Shown here: positions 28,401 through 41,200 of the stretch, one piece after another
How positions within the stretch are numbered: position 1 is the first letter of the stretch
How the letters are laid out: every line of letters starts with the position of its first letter
Source of the DNA: a virus
Taxonomy: Duplodnaviria; Caudoviricetes
DNA length: 61,225 nt
Strand: one strand, 5' to 3'
Virus record (IMG/VR): IMGVR_UViG_3300043437_000207
Span: 1-61,225 of that record
Translations under genes and position numbers: made by a program
Notes under the pieces: generated by a model
Database searches by the model: none
Told to the model about the DNA's origin: nothing
Seen by the model: the letters and a program-made list of their open reading frames with translations, nothing else

Positions 28401-31400
28401 GACAAGATCATTATGATGAGTTGATTAATAATTCTATGACAGCTATTCAAAGAAATACACTTCTTGAAGAATTAGCTGAAAAAGGAATTTATGTTGACTT
28501 AGAAGAGTTTGCTGAATGGTGCCAAGATAATTCTAAGTTGCCTACATACTTTGTTGATCAAGTAAACAAAAGAATTATCAATAAAGACAGTTACATCTAT
28601 GATAAGTATATTGAGTATTTTGATCTAGCTAAAAATGCTGAAACAACTAATGCTCCTAGACCAAAAAGTACAGAAGAGCAGAAACTTGAAAGAACAATTG
28701 ATAATTATAACAATCAAAGAGAAGGTGAATTAGAAACTGTCAAAAATCAATATGACCAAAGCTTAAAAGATCTATTGGGTTATACTCAAGAAGAGATTGA
28801 TGAGATGCGTGATAAAGCTATGTTTGATGCTGACATGACACCGGAGGAAGCAGCTGAGGAATTAGAACTTGTCAAAAAAGCAATTAAACAATTAGATTCT
28901 GATAATCATCTTGAGATAGAAGCAGTATTTGATCTTGCTACAGAAAATGACATGTTTACTCCACAAGAGTATAACATGGCCAAAGAAGATTTGTTTAGTG
29001 ATGAAGATTCTGTAAATGAAATGGCTGACTTAGCTGAAAAGTTTACTGATGCTGAAGAAGAAGAAGCTATGGAAGCTGCTTCTAATGTATTAATTCTTAA
29101 ACCATTACTAGAAAAAAGAATAGAAGTTCTTCAATCATTTGTAGATGGAACAGCAATGGAGGGGATTCCTAACTATGAGGAAACACAACCCTATAAGGAT
29201 TACACAGAAGCGGTAGATGAAATCAATACTAAGTATGATGGTCTTATAGATGATGCTAGAGCAGAATTTGATAAGGCAGTTAAGGAAGGTGTTGAGTCCA
29301 CTAGACCTGAAGCAATGAAGAAATCCATCCAGGAAGTACAAGAGTTATTTGCTGGAAAAGAAGATATTGTTCAGACTAAAAGAAACTACATTATAGATGG
29401 TGAGGTACATGAAAGAATGTCAAACAGAATTAAAGCTGGTCATGACACTTATGGATACACTGGAGAAAAAGATCTTATGGATCTTTATGATGAGACTATT
29501 GGTGCAGCGCTTGCTGAGGATAGAGAATTAGACCAAGATTTGATTAATGAGTTCATAGAAGCTTTAGTAGCTGCTGACTTACCTGGTGTAAACACAAATA
29601 CTTTTACTGCAGATGTAGTAAGAGATGAGTTAGAAACATTAATTAAAACAGATGGCACTAAGTCTAAAAAGATTCAGAGATATATTTCTAAACTAAAATC
29701 TCAGTTAAGTGATATTGAAAATAAATTAGCTTCAGTAAAAGATAAAGACCGTCTTGCAAGCTTGCAGAAACAGAAAGTAGAATTAGAACAAGCTATTAAA
29801 GATGAAGAGGCTGGTAAGTTTGATGAGCCATTTGAAATGACATCAGACAATATTAAGTCTTTTATCTTAAATACTGTTAAGGAAAATGCATATGAAGAAT
29901 CTAGAGATGCGGGTAACATAATTGACCCTATGCTTAAAGATTATCTTGATACAGCAACTTCTGTAAAACCTAAGTGGGATCCTAAGAAGATGAGCAAAGA
30001 AGCATATGACGCTTTGTTTGATGATGAAACAGGTTACCTTACTGAGCTTAAAAGAAGAGCTGATGCTGGTGAGATCTATATTTTTACCAAAAATCTTATT
30101 GTACATGCTAATGATTTAGTAGATGCTGATGGTAAAAAACTTCCACCGGTAGCTGGTGAAATTGATATGATCATTGTTGACCGTAAAGGAAACAAATTTA
30201 TTGTAGATTTAAAAACAGGTAAAGTAAGAAAATGGTTTAACTATAAAACTATAGGAACTGATTCATTTAAGAAACAGTTAGAAAATACTTTACAACAAGT
30301 GGGATATGCAAATCTTGCAGAAGACATGTCTGGTCAACAATTTGGAGTTAAAATTTTACCTATTGAGATTGGCTTTGATAGTAAAGGTTATATTGTATCT
30401 GCAGGTAAACCAACTAATCCATCTATGTTTACGGGTGAAGAAGTTGTTGGAGATGAAGGCAGTGAAGCTTACACAATAGGATTAGATCCTACAAATATGA
30501 TTCAGGTTAAGAAAGAAGGAACCAATGTTTATGAAAACATAAGTATTGAAGATTTCATGCAAAAACTTATTCCTGTAAGAAGAGTGCCAGGTAGTAAAAG
30601 ACCAAAGCTTACTGTTAAAAAAGAAGTTTCAATCCCTGAAGAAGAAAGAGAGTTTGTTGATGACTTTATGAACAAACTTGCCAATGCTGGTCAGGCAAAA
30701 CCAAGCGGTAAATCATCAACTGCCCCTATAAGGAAAGCAGTAGTAACAATAGAAGATGCCATAGGTAAAACAGTATATTATAATGGTAAGCCTTACACAG
30801 TAAATAAAGAGGGTGTAAGATATGTACTTGAGTCAGAATCTACTGTTATTGAATTAGATACTACAGCTTCAGAAAATTTAAGTGATCTTGGTATTGACTA
30901 CTTTGAAGGAGAGTTCTATACACCTAAGTATGATGTTACAATCAATAGTGAAAATTCTGTTACTGTTGATGGTACTACATATGAGATTAGAGTAAATGAG
31001 TCAGGTAATGTAATTGGTTTAAGTCCGGAAAATAAACCAGAACAAGTTATTAAAAATGAAAGATTACTTGTTGCTGTTGAAATTGAAAGAAATAAAACTG
31101 ATTTCATAACTGAAGTTGAGGAACTAGAAGATGTTGATTATGCAGAAACAATGGATAATCTAAAAGCTAATGATCCTGCAGCTCATCAAAAACTTGAACT
31201 TCTTGAAGGAGTATACAATAAAAACTGGAATGAAACTGTTGAATCTGGTTTAAGTAAACTCTATAGTAAACAAGAACTAAATGATTCAGAAAGACTAGCT
31301 GTAGATTTATGGGTGACAGATGCTATAATTAGCATGACTAAATTATACACTAGACAGTCAGATGAAATTTATGCTAAAGGATTAGATAATCTTGAAATTA

Positions 31401-32293
31401 TTAATACACTTTTATATGAAGGATACAATGAACAATTTACAGAAGTTGGTGCTAATGAGCCTGCCAAAAGAACAGTTAAACAAACTGAAAGTCAAAAACA
31501 AAGAAAGCCAGGTAAAAATGTCACAGAAACAAACACCAGTGAAACAGTAAAAGAAACTGTTTCAGATAAAGAATACAAAGATTTTGTAGATAATGGTGTT
31601 GTTAAGAAAAGCAGAATAAAAAGTATTGCCGTAAATATACAAAAAGGTAATACTTTATCTCAAAGAGAGATGGCAATTTTTTCTGATAAAACATCTGAGA
31701 TCAATGATATGATTATTCAGATGACAGAAAATAAAAATGTAGAAGATTCCATTAAGGAAGATACATTTGATCAGATTCTTGAATTGTATGCTGAACTTGA
31801 TAAGGCTAAACCTAAATTGAGTGAAGAATCATACAATATGCTTAAGGAACAACTTGATGCCCGCGCCTCATTATTGTTTGATGAAACAGGAAATATAGTT
31901 TTAAAAACCGGAGAAATTTATATCTTTACAGCACCGGTAAAAGATGAACAAGTTGCTCAAGGATATAGAGTTAAAATAGATAGTTTTGACCCTATGGCTA
32001 AAACAGTTACTGTATCTAATGTTGGTCCTGGTAATAATAAAACTTTTACTATGAGTATCAAAGACTTTAATGATAGTGCAATGAGTGAAGAATTAATAAA
32101 CAATATGCCTAAAGAAGATGAACCATATGTTCCTTCTGAAGAAGAATTAGATCACTTAACAGAAAGTATGGCTGTTACAGATGGTCAGTTATCTGATTTT
32201 GAACAACTTGCCAAATGGGAAGATGAAGCATCAGCAGATACAATATCACTTGATGATTTAAAAAATGATTTCTTTAATAATTTTAAATGCTAA
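25478..32293 (+). CDS. Giant ejection protein with a Gly-rich hydrophobic segment and a PD-(D/E)xK nuclease-like domain
   Basis: 2271 aa. GALIGAAVGAVGGEGIGAAPGAVIGG hydrophobic stretch (~26150-26290); AGEIDMIIVD...IVDLKTG...QQVGY RecB-type motif (~30150-30310); ends in Cys. Confidence 0.7.
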   Translation: MAEETNVPDEGVKDLSQMSEFIAPAEIGVNLHKSMISPALDINKYNTKATISNPALRIKDTTKGSAPYHPKKITSPNSKEYGGLKGIMDDLRAELSQNVDKNAYSKIYAYDSSPKGAHKARYKGYGQETYDKIGFTPEIDNETWFNANTTMYDDWKRMATQAAWPMMKLGFMSPIHSYGKLFGQADIGQDLAEARDYEEYNAIGYSTKGGIGGFMINLQNSAAYSVGILAESVVEGALIGAAVGAVGGEGIGAAPGAVIGGVVEGFGALLKLPGTLFNMSKNLGKMTMNLKKFEKISEVRNLFGNAGKSMGNFVNPISNTSEAAMKYVFKNPDDLSNLARSARTVGALWHDVKNMNAALSEGRLEGGFTEQRVFDELYNKYYEKYGVAPSDELQKDMRKQAKVAGYQNTWKNTLLVHYSNNIAFPSIARAGFMKGLPTFSKTVGKVGPFQLVYDPAKKVASELAYSAEKVSLRNAVKAFTKPAAYGKTALNYFKANLVEGFQETAQDVLSDATENYYINSFKNKDRQNFEYSMATLNGAMKKQISAQGLETFASGFAMGSILGIPGGVKDFMSVGYNKYFKHRNNYDEYIQKRQDEVDTIVDALNTMDKGAKNFFDPRLTNYTTQMLAGKVADDPEGATTKEAKDTSFAAFQSAVRTSLRTGTFDMFLKNYEGYKQATPEELEQAWRLQPGQGQKALLNIDKSIANAKTIAARWQYTKNKFPHVVNPANFKDDTPEKEMAEVYNEAYLAGIDNLVFMGSAFDNNAERLDQMYSKLSSIPVIQNSRFSEIATITDPARLTKEIAMLRTEIELSKNAATPEAKEQYEKQKDLLDKLTSFQKEQSGVTVDFFKRIMNAQKTIMQTEGISANEAQVKAVDQVTKEFEDEGLHPFESYKTSFRDLLDTLAGSEENKANLGRQLDDAGGFDDIFEILADTHLLRDENMRLNKFINVLNSPQDFYEHVQRNFEWMKKLYNNRQDHYDELINNSMTAIQRNTLLEELAEKGIYVDLEEFAEWCQDNSKLPTYFVDQVNKRIINKDSYIYDKYIEYFDLAKNAETTNAPRPKSTEEQKLERTIDNYNNQREGELETVKNQYDQSLKDLLGYTQEEIDEMRDKAMFDADMTPEEAAEELELVKKAIKQLDSDNHLEIEAVFDLATENDMFTPQEYNMAKEDLFSDEDSVNEMADLAEKFTDAEEEEAMEAASNVLILKPLLEKRIEVLQSFVDGTAMEGIPNYEETQPYKDYTEAVDEINTKYDGLIDDARAEFDKAVKEGVESTRPEAMKKSIQEVQELFAGKEDIVQTKRNYIIDGEVHERMSNRIKAGHDTYGYTGEKDLMDLYDETIGAALAEDRELDQDLINEFIEALVAADLPGVNTNTFTADVVRDELETLIKTDGTKSKKIQRYISKLKSQLSDIENKLASVKDKDRLASLQKQKVELEQAIKDEEAGKFDEPFEMTSDNIKSFILNTVKENAYEESRDAGNIIDPMLKDYLDTATSVKPKWDPKKMSKEAYDALFDDETGYLTELKRRADAGEIYIFTKNLIVHANDLVDADGKKLPPVAGEIDMIIVDRKGNKFIVDLKTGKVRKWFNYKTIGTDSFKKQLENTLQQVGYANLAEDMSGQQFGVKILPIEIGFDSKGYIVSAGKPTNPSMFTGEEVVGDEGSEAYTIGLDPTNMIQVKKEGTNVYENISIEDFMQKLIPVRRVPGSKRPKLTVKKEVSIPEEEREFVDDFMNKLANAGQAKPSGKSSTAPIRKAVVTIEDAIGKTVYYNGKPYTVNKEGVRYVLESESTVIELDTTASENLSDLGIDYFEGEFYTPKYDVTINSENSVTVDGTTYEIRVNESGNVIGLSPENKPEQVIKNERLLVAVEIERNKTDFITEVEELEDVDYAETMDNLKANDPAAHQKLELLEGVYNKNWNETVESGLSKLYSKQELNDSERLAVDLWVTDAIISMTKLYTRQSDEIYAKGLDNLEIINTLLYEGYNEQFTEVGANEPAKRTVKQTESQKQRKPGKNVTETNTSETVKETVSDKEYKDFVDNGVVKKSRIKSIAVNIQKGNTLSQREMAIFSDKTSEINDMIIQMTENKNVEDSIKEDTFDQILELYAELDKAKPKLSEESYNMLKEQLDARASLLFDETGNIVLKTGEIYIFTAPVKDEQVAQGYRVKIDSFDPMAKTVTVSNVGPGNNKTFTMSIKDFNDSAMSEELINNMPKEDEPYVPSEEELDHLTESMAVTDGQLSDFEQLAKWEDEASADTISLDDLKNDFFNNFKC

Positions 32294-32297
32294 TTAG

Positions 32298-35200
32298 ATG
32301 ATCAGTTGTCCAATTACCCAGTTACCTCTTGAAAATTTTTACAAGTATGTATTCCGCGCTATTAAAGATAGACTAGGAAATGATAAAACCTTTGACGTAA
32401 ATGATTTCATGGAGAAGTTGTTTGAGGAATCGGTTAAAAAGGCTGATCCTGAAACTGCAGCTAAATGGTTGCAAAGTACTCCGCGTGTAATAAATTTAAT
32501 TATTACAAAATCATTTAGTGATAAGATTCCTTTAGTAAAAGGATTAGAAAATATTTACGGATTGATGGCTGATTTCTCAAAACCAAACGGTGAAGGATTT
32601 CAGAATGTACTTAAGAAATATATAAAACCTGTAGATACTAAAGATCTAAAAGGAGAGGCTGCGCATCAATTGTCACTTGAGTTTTCTGATGAAGAAGAAG
32701 AGGGTCCTGAAGATGAGAAAAAAGAAACAAACCCAAGAGTTGAGGCAAGACTTAAAACTCCTGTGGTTATGTCTGGTACACTTCAATCATTTGTTCCGGT
32801 AGATCCATCTAGAAAAACTGATACTTACTCAGAAAGACTTGATAAACCAAGAGCTCAAATCCTTACTAATCTTGCAATTCTAGGTGATGCATTAAGTATG
32901 CAAGATCCATTTGATGGAGAGTTTACATATCAAGGAAAGAAAGTAAAAGTTAAAGCAACAAACTTATATACATTTGCTCAACAGAATTTTAATGATTTAG
33001 ATCCTACAACTCAGCAAGAGATTAAGGATTCAAACTTTTATACTAGCACAGGAAGAAACAAAGAAGGTGTTACTCAAAGTGATAAAAGAGTAATACTTGT
33101 TATTACAGATGATGCTGGACAGAACTTATATTTTGATACAGAAGGAAACCTTACTACTAAAGGTAATGGAACTCTAGTGTATCAATTCATGAGAGATGTT
33201 AGACAAACCTCAAAAGGTTATACAGTAACAGATATCTATGGAAAAGAAGAACAGTTAATGCCAATTGAGACTTATGCCCAACTAACATATGATGAAAAAA
33301 TTGACGGAGACTATCCTACATATCTTGAGAAAGTAAAAGATGATAGAGAGAAAGAGCTTAAGAGATTGTTTCAAATAAGAGAAAGTGCATTAGGTAATGA
33401 CATGATGTTGGAATTCTCAGGTCTTAGTGCCGGAGTTACTTCAGATCTCACAGCTACCAAACTTCCCCTATCTGACTTTCTAAAGATACCAGGAGCAACA
33501 AAGAAAGACTTAAAGAGTATCCGTACTCTTAAAAAAGCAGAAGGTAACTTTGGAGAGGGTAGAGCTGTAATTAATTTAAATGGAACAGACTTCCAAGTAA
33601 ACAGATCATCTATGCCAGACAGTGTAGCTGACCAGATTGCTGCAGTTATGTTTGATCCTAATATTCCTTTTGAAACTAAAAAAGATTTCTATTCACAGTT
33701 TATTCCGGAAGATAGTACAACCAAGCTTGCTTATACTATGAGAAAGCATGAGATCATTCCTGATATGGTGAACCAATCATTTAGAATTAAGCTATATGAT
33801 AAAGTAGGTGACAAGTATGGATTTGTTACTGAGCCTATTTTTGATTTTGTTATTTCTAAAGCTGTATTAGATAAGGCTAGTAGAGAAAAATTAGATGCCG
33901 GTATTAAGACTTTTAGTGACACTCTCAAATCTGGTAGAGCTAATGGTAAAGCAACTTACATGTCATACAAATCTGACTTGTTGAATGATGAGGAGTATTT
34001 AGTATACAATTCAAATACAAAACAAATTGAAGTTGCAAACTACATTGATTTTTTATCCACACTTGATGGTTACGTTGATTTATTTGACGGAGATCCTGGT
34101 TTCTACAATAAGCACCTGTTGTTTAATGAAGAGAATAAAGTGGAAAAAGAAATTAAAATTGCTTCTGCGGCAGCATCACAAACATTTGAAGAGGCCCTTG
34201 AGGAATCAATTAAATTAGCAGAAGAAAGAAAAGCATTGGAAAATGCTGATAAATCTCCTATGGAAATTGAGGCACAAGTTATTGCTGATCGCGCTCTTTC
34301 TCCAGAGTTTAGAGCTCAGTTAGCTCAACAAGGAATGGAAGGAAAGTATGATACATACTATTATGCCGCAAGTCTTATTCAAGCTATCAATACTAATATT
34401 AGTCAAAGATATACCAGAGAAGCTGCTGAACAGTTGCGTGATATATTTGCCGGTGCAAGATACATAAACGGTAAACAAATTAATACAGTCACTGATATTA
34501 TCAATAGAGCATTTCCAAAAGCAGAAGGACCTCTTCAGAGAGAAGTTGAAATAATCCAAAAGACTGTTGAACCTGAAATGCCAGACCCAACAACAATAAA
34601 TCCTTCTCCTAAGAAAGGAAGCTTACGTTCTAGAGCACCTAAGAATGATAGCTTAAACCGTGAAGGATACATGGCTGATGAAATTGGTGAAGAAGATACA
34701 GCTAAAGTCCTTGACTGGTGGAACAATACGGCATTAGGAAAAGAGTTACAAAAACATATTGAACTACAACATGCATTTAATCTGGTTAACTCAGATGTAT
34801 TTGCGCGCTTTGTAGTTAGCGGTGCTACATTAGCTAATCCTGACATTAAAGGTAAGATTCAAATTAATAAAGGTGTAGGTACATTGGTTGATGTTTACCA
34901 TGAAGCATGGCATGGTTTCTCTCAATTGTTTCTTACCCGTCAAGAAAAATACAGTCTTTATGATGAAGTAATTAATTACAAAGATGCCAGCGGAAACCAA
35001 CCCTATAAGTCTATGGACTATAAGGCAGTTGATGAGTTACTAGCTGAAGACTTTAGAACTTATATGAAGAGCAATTACATTAAGAAAGGTTCTCCTATAA
35101 GAAATAAACTCTTCAGAAAGATTATGAATTTTATCAGAAGCTTGTTTGGTAAAAAAGCAATTAATCCAACTGAAGTTATCACAGATGTAATGAATGTTCC

Positions 35201-38200
35201 AGCTGTGAGAGAATTGTTTGAGAAATTAAACTATAGTTCTAATAAGAAATCATTTGTGAGATCATACAAAGCCAATATGGATAATGTTGACTTTATGATG
35301 TTGAACCGTGGTATTAGTAAATTAAATAGACCAAGTGATAGTGCCCTTAGTGATCAAGACTCTAGATTAGTTTCTGATACTATGGACATGATCATTTCTG
35401 ATTTTGTTGATGATTGGTACAGAGAAAGAGTTGAAGAAGCTGAAGAAACTGGTAACTATAATAGTTTAAAATCTGGAACTATTGGTTTACTTATTGATCC
35501 AGACCACCGTGCATTCATGTATGAGGTAATCAAAGAAAGATTACAAGATAAGTTGGATGAGTTTAAAGAAAAATTACATTCTCAAGAAGGTGTAACACCT
35601 TTTAGTGAAATTAAAGCTTTAGAATCTTCTGACCCTAATCAGAAAACAATTGAATCAGAAGCAGTAGCTGTATTAAGATCTAATAAAGGAGAAGACAAAT
35701 ATGTATTCCTTAAATCACAGATTGATGGTTTTGATAATCTTGATGCTAACATGCGTAGAGGTACCAGAGTTAGAGGTGAGTCTTGGCATGGTATCAAAAT
35801 AGTTGGTGACTTCTATTCACATAAATCTATTAAGAAAGGTAAGAAGCCGGTAGGGATAATTGTAGTTTCTAGTTTAGAGGATGCTCAAGTTCAGTTTGAT
35901 AATTATAAAGCTGGAGGAGCCGAAGAGTATACAGATTTTGAAGTTAAAGATGTTCCGGATTACATGTTGTCTGCAGAACAAGAATTTATGTTAGATAATG
36001 TTAGAATTCTACAAGCTGCTGTAGATAACTTTGGAGATCCACAATGGGATATTAAAGGTATTGAAGCTACTGGAACAATTGCATATCACTTAGAGAATTC
36101 AGATTTTGATTTATCTAAAAAGAAATATGAGCTTGATTTTGACATGTTAGATGAGAATGGTGATGAGATTGATGAAGATCAAGAAAATGAAACTCATGAT
36201 TCTGAAACACCATTTGGTAGTTCAGCGGGTACTAAAAAATCTTTGATGCAATTAGCTGATAAAGAAGTAATCTACATTCTTAAAAGTTTGTATAAAGTAG
36301 ACCGTAATGGTAATGTTGCATACAATAGACTTGGTTTTAAAGAGCGCGCAGATTTCAAGAAAGTTTGGAACATTGTTACTAAAGCAATTGGTGGTATAAG
36401 AGATAGAGAAAAAGCATATGAGACATTAATGGCAGAAGCAGAAAACTTTCCAGAAATAGCTCAGCTTATTGAAACTAAATTCCCAGATCCAAGATTGATT
36501 ACTAATACATTTGAAATAGATGTGAGTAATTCATTCTGGCAAACATTTGCAAAACCTTCAGTTAAATACTGGCAATTCACTGTGTTCCCACAATATGAGC
36601 CGGGAACAAACTTCCTTACAGGGGAAACAGAAAATGTATTAAAAGGATTTGAAGCTGATGTTACTCAATCATCTATTGAAGTAGATAGCACTATTAGAAA
36701 ATTTGAATCAATTTTCAAAAGTAGTATAGCAAATGATTACATAGAAAAGAATTCAGATAACCAATCTACTTTAAAACTGGATGACGTAATTACTGCATTT
36801 GAGAATAAGAAATATCCTGGTCAGTTAGATACATCTAAAGCATTTGAGTTTGCTGCAGCATTAGGTATGAAGCTTGATGCTTTACCAGTTATCAAAAAAA
36901 ATATAGAAGATAGAGCAGAGTATTTTGGGTTACCATATATCTATGATATTATAAAAGACTTTGCAGGTATTCAGAAATCAAATAAAAGCACTGAACAACA
37001 ACTTGAATACTTAAACAAATTTGTTAGTAATCCAATAGGGACACTAAGAGGTGAGATTCCAAAAGGAATACTAAAAAGCTTTAAGAAAGAAGTAGCAGAA
37101 AAGAATATCCTTAAAAGAATTGCTGAGTTACAATCTCAGTATGGATATGATTCTGCTAATCCAGGTATCTTGCTACCGGACGGTAACAGAGTATTTGAAA
37201 ATGTAAATCATAGTCAAGTTACAGTTACTGTAGATGCAATAAACAATGTTGAAAATCTTAGTGATTTCTGGAGCAAACCAGAGCTAGGTTATATGTCACA
37301 CTTGAGACCAGGTAAATCATTCTTTACTTTAAGATCTAAAATTTTTGGAGCTATGTTTGACACTGCTCAAGGAACCTTTGATAGAAAAGGAACCAGATCT
37401 TTAGAGCTTTTACAAACTGCAGGTACACAGATAGCAGAGATGGAAGGAGTGAATACATCTGACTTAGATAAGTTAGGTAAATTCTTTCAAGAGTTTCATA
37501 CTATGAGCTTAAATGGTATAGCAGAGTTTATCCGCCATGCTGAAAAGAAATCTGCATATGGTATCAAGTTACTGGGTGGTAAAATGAAAGTTATTGTCAA
37601 TGGTATTACAAATGGTGTTGATCAAAACTTATACATTGATATCAGTAAGTTTGTAACTAAACCAAATGAACAAATTAGTGATGGAGAAATAGTTGCTGTA
37701 GGTGGTTATTTCCTTGACTATATTGCTGCAGAATTTGATAGAATTAGATACTTTAAACAAAATCCACAGGATCTTAAAAATATCAAAGGTTACAACAGAG
37801 AGATTAAAGATAAGAATGATAAATTAATTGGTAGAGCTGGAGAATTCTTTACTGCTTTTGATAACATCTTGAGAGATCAAACCAAAAAAGATTTATATGC
37901 TTTGGCATCTGATCCTTTGGTAGATTTACCTACCCATATCAGAAATAACCAAGGACTTTATTTAAAAATTCAACAAGACATTGCTGATTATTTCACTGAG
38001 AAAACAGAAGCAATGTATAATGATTACTTTAAAGATCTGCCTTATGTAGACAATAAGGTTTATGAGAAAGCTGGTATAGAAACTAAAGGTGATATATCTG
38101 ATGAATCAAAGAAAGCTGTTCTTAAATCTTATTTGTTTAATGACTGGATACATAAATTTGAAATGTTTAACATTTTCAATGGTGACCTTTCTCAGTTCAA

Positions 38201-41200
38201 TCATGACAAACAACAAGCAAGTAAACGTGCACCTGGTTCTACATCAGATGGTGATGGATTTGTCAATGATAAGTACATGCATGAATTCATTAACAAAGTG
38301 TTCAACAAGAATACTTATGCTAAAAAACTTGCTAAAGAAACAGGTCTTGACTTAGATAAGTTTGTTATGAATGGTACATTGAATACCGGTGTCATAGCAG
38401 ATGCAGAAAGAAAGTCTGTATATCTAGATGAAATGTTAGAAAGCTGGAAAGAGCAATATACAGCTGCCCTAACCCCTTTATACACAGATAAAGCTGCATT
38501 AAAGAAAGAAATAGATAGAAGACTTGCAAAAGATGCTAAGGCCTATAAGAAGATGACAGAATCTGATGGTGCAGCCTTTATGACATTTGATGCATACCGT
38601 ACACTTAAAAAACAAGGTAAAAGCTGGACCATTCCGCAAGAAACATTATACCAACAGATTGTTGCCGGAGAACAAGTTGATCCTTTAAAAGTAAAAGAGT
38701 TCTTTCCAATTTACAAACTTCATTACTATGGATCAATTGCTAATGCTCCTATAGCAACAACAGGAATGCATAAGTTTGCAGTAGCTCCTATTATTCCAAC
38801 TATTGCAGTAAAAGGTACAGAGCTTTATAATTTACATGTAAAAATGATGAAGGAAAATCTTCAGTATGTAGCATTTGGTTCTGGTTCTAAAGTTGCCACA
38901 CTTACTATGACTGGAGACTTTGATAACATCTTTGGTGATGAAACACAGAAAACAGTTTCTGCAGATGCACCAATTAGAAAAAATGTTATCTACTTGGAGT
39001 ATCTTAAGGATGTAACTAAAGTTGCAAGCAAACTTAAGAAAGAAATTAGCTATCCTACTCAGAAACGTGTATTATTATTAGATGGTCTCTTCAATGTTGG
39101 AGATGTAATTAACAAAGCAAATGCTGAAATAGCTAATAACTACAAAGCTAATGTTAAGGATTACACTGAAACATTAGCTCTGGATTTATTAAACAAGATA
39201 GGTTATGAATATGATCCTAAGACAGAAAAGTATGTTGGAAAGTTAGATAAGTTTATTGAACTTATCAGAGATGAATTAGGAGCTAAAGAAGTTCCTGAGC
39301 ATTTGATTAAACTTCTGGATACTACACTTAGTGATCAGCTATCTATGGACTTTTCTATTCACCCAGAGGCTGACATGCTTGAGAAAGTTATTGTAAATAG
39401 AATTCAAAAAAGTATAATAAAACAGAAGACAAAGGGAGAATCTATGGTTCAAGCTCCATCCACGTTCTATAACGGTGTGTGGGACAGTGCCTACCAAAGA
39501 GATGAAGCTATTAAAAATAATGATGAATTAATCAGAAAATATCTGGGTTCTAACAACTTACCTTTTTATACTAGAGGTAAATTAAATAAAGATGGTACAA
39601 GACAACCAACTTCAGCTATGAAAGTTGCAATACCTATGAATGGTGACTTTTTGAACATTCTTAATTTAAAACATCCTGATGGAGAACTTATTGGAACTAC
39701 AGACCGTCTTAATGAGTTAATTAAAAATGATGAGTGGTTAGATAAGAACAGAGAGCTTATCACTATTGTAGGACCAAGGATCCCAACAGATGCTGCTAAC
39801 TCTATGGAATTTGCTGAAGTATGGCACTTCCTTGATGCTAGTGCAGGTAACACAGTAATTGTACCAACTGAGATTGTTGCAAAAGCTGGATCTGACTTTG
39901 ACGTTGATAAGATTTTCTTCATGCTACCAAATATAAATTCTGATGGTACTTTAACTAAGGCACCTGCAGAAAATTTGGAACAGCTTACCAAGATGGTAAA
40001 AGAATCTAATAGTGTTAGCAAAAAAGTAAGAAAAGAAAAAGGGTTACCAAATCCTCAAGCTTTAATTGATCAGTACAAAAAAGCTGCACAAAATAAATTA
40101 ATCAAAAACACGCGGGACATTCTCTCCTTACCGGACAACTATGCAAGTTTAACAAAACCTAATAATACATATCTTGTAGAAGATGAAGTTGAATTCTATG
40201 ACAAGTATTCTAGAGGGTATAACAACAAAAAGAATGCACATGGTGAGTCTGTAAGGATAAATGGTGACAAAGAAGTAATGAGTCCATCAAGATCATTAGA
40301 TAATGATTACAACTTAAGTCAGCATGAAGCAATGTTATCTGGTAATATGCCGCTTGGTATTATGGCCAAGAAAAACAAAGTGCATGCATTATTCAAAAGT
40401 GTAGGAGCTATTATGCCGTTATCATACAATGCCACTGTGTGGAATGATGAAACTAAAAAGTATGATGAAATTCCTGCTCAGTATGATGTTGTAATCCGTA
40501 TGAGACATAATAAAACTATGTTTAATGAAAATATTTCTTTATCTAATCAGAATAATGTAGATGGTGAAAAGATTGGAGATATTTTTTCTCATGGTCTTCA
40601 AGGTTTGCTTGACCGTGCTAATAATCCTTTTCCATTTAAATTACAAATTGTAAAAGAGGCATTGGGTACAATCAATCACCTTATTGAAGCTGGAGTAAGT
40701 GTACCAGAAGTATTTGCTTTTATCAATAACCCTTGGATTGTAGATTACATTCAGAAACAAATGTACTATGGAGGCTCAATGGCTAAGCTTCAAGAAGCAC
40801 CTGTTCCTAGTCATCAAGTAAAATCTACAGCCTTTAGGGAGACTGTGGCTTCTCTTGTTTCTGCAGGTGGTGAAGAAATGAAGAAAATAGTTAAGCAGGT
40901 GGCAAACTATGCAAATGACCGCAGAATGATGGACATAGCTGATATGCTAAAACAAAAGGATCAAGATAAAGTTTACATCATTAAAACAAAAGATGCAGAA
41001 GGAGAAGAAGTTCTAAAAAAAGCTACTGGAAAAAGAATATTTCATAGTAATGACTTTCCAGTAGATCAAATTATTGAGTTAAAAGAATTTGAAGAAAATA
41101 CAGACTATGATAGTTTAAAAACTTTATTCAAAAGATCCGGTGGTATTGCTAATAATGATAACTTCTATTATGCATCAGAGGCTTTATGGAATAGAGCATT

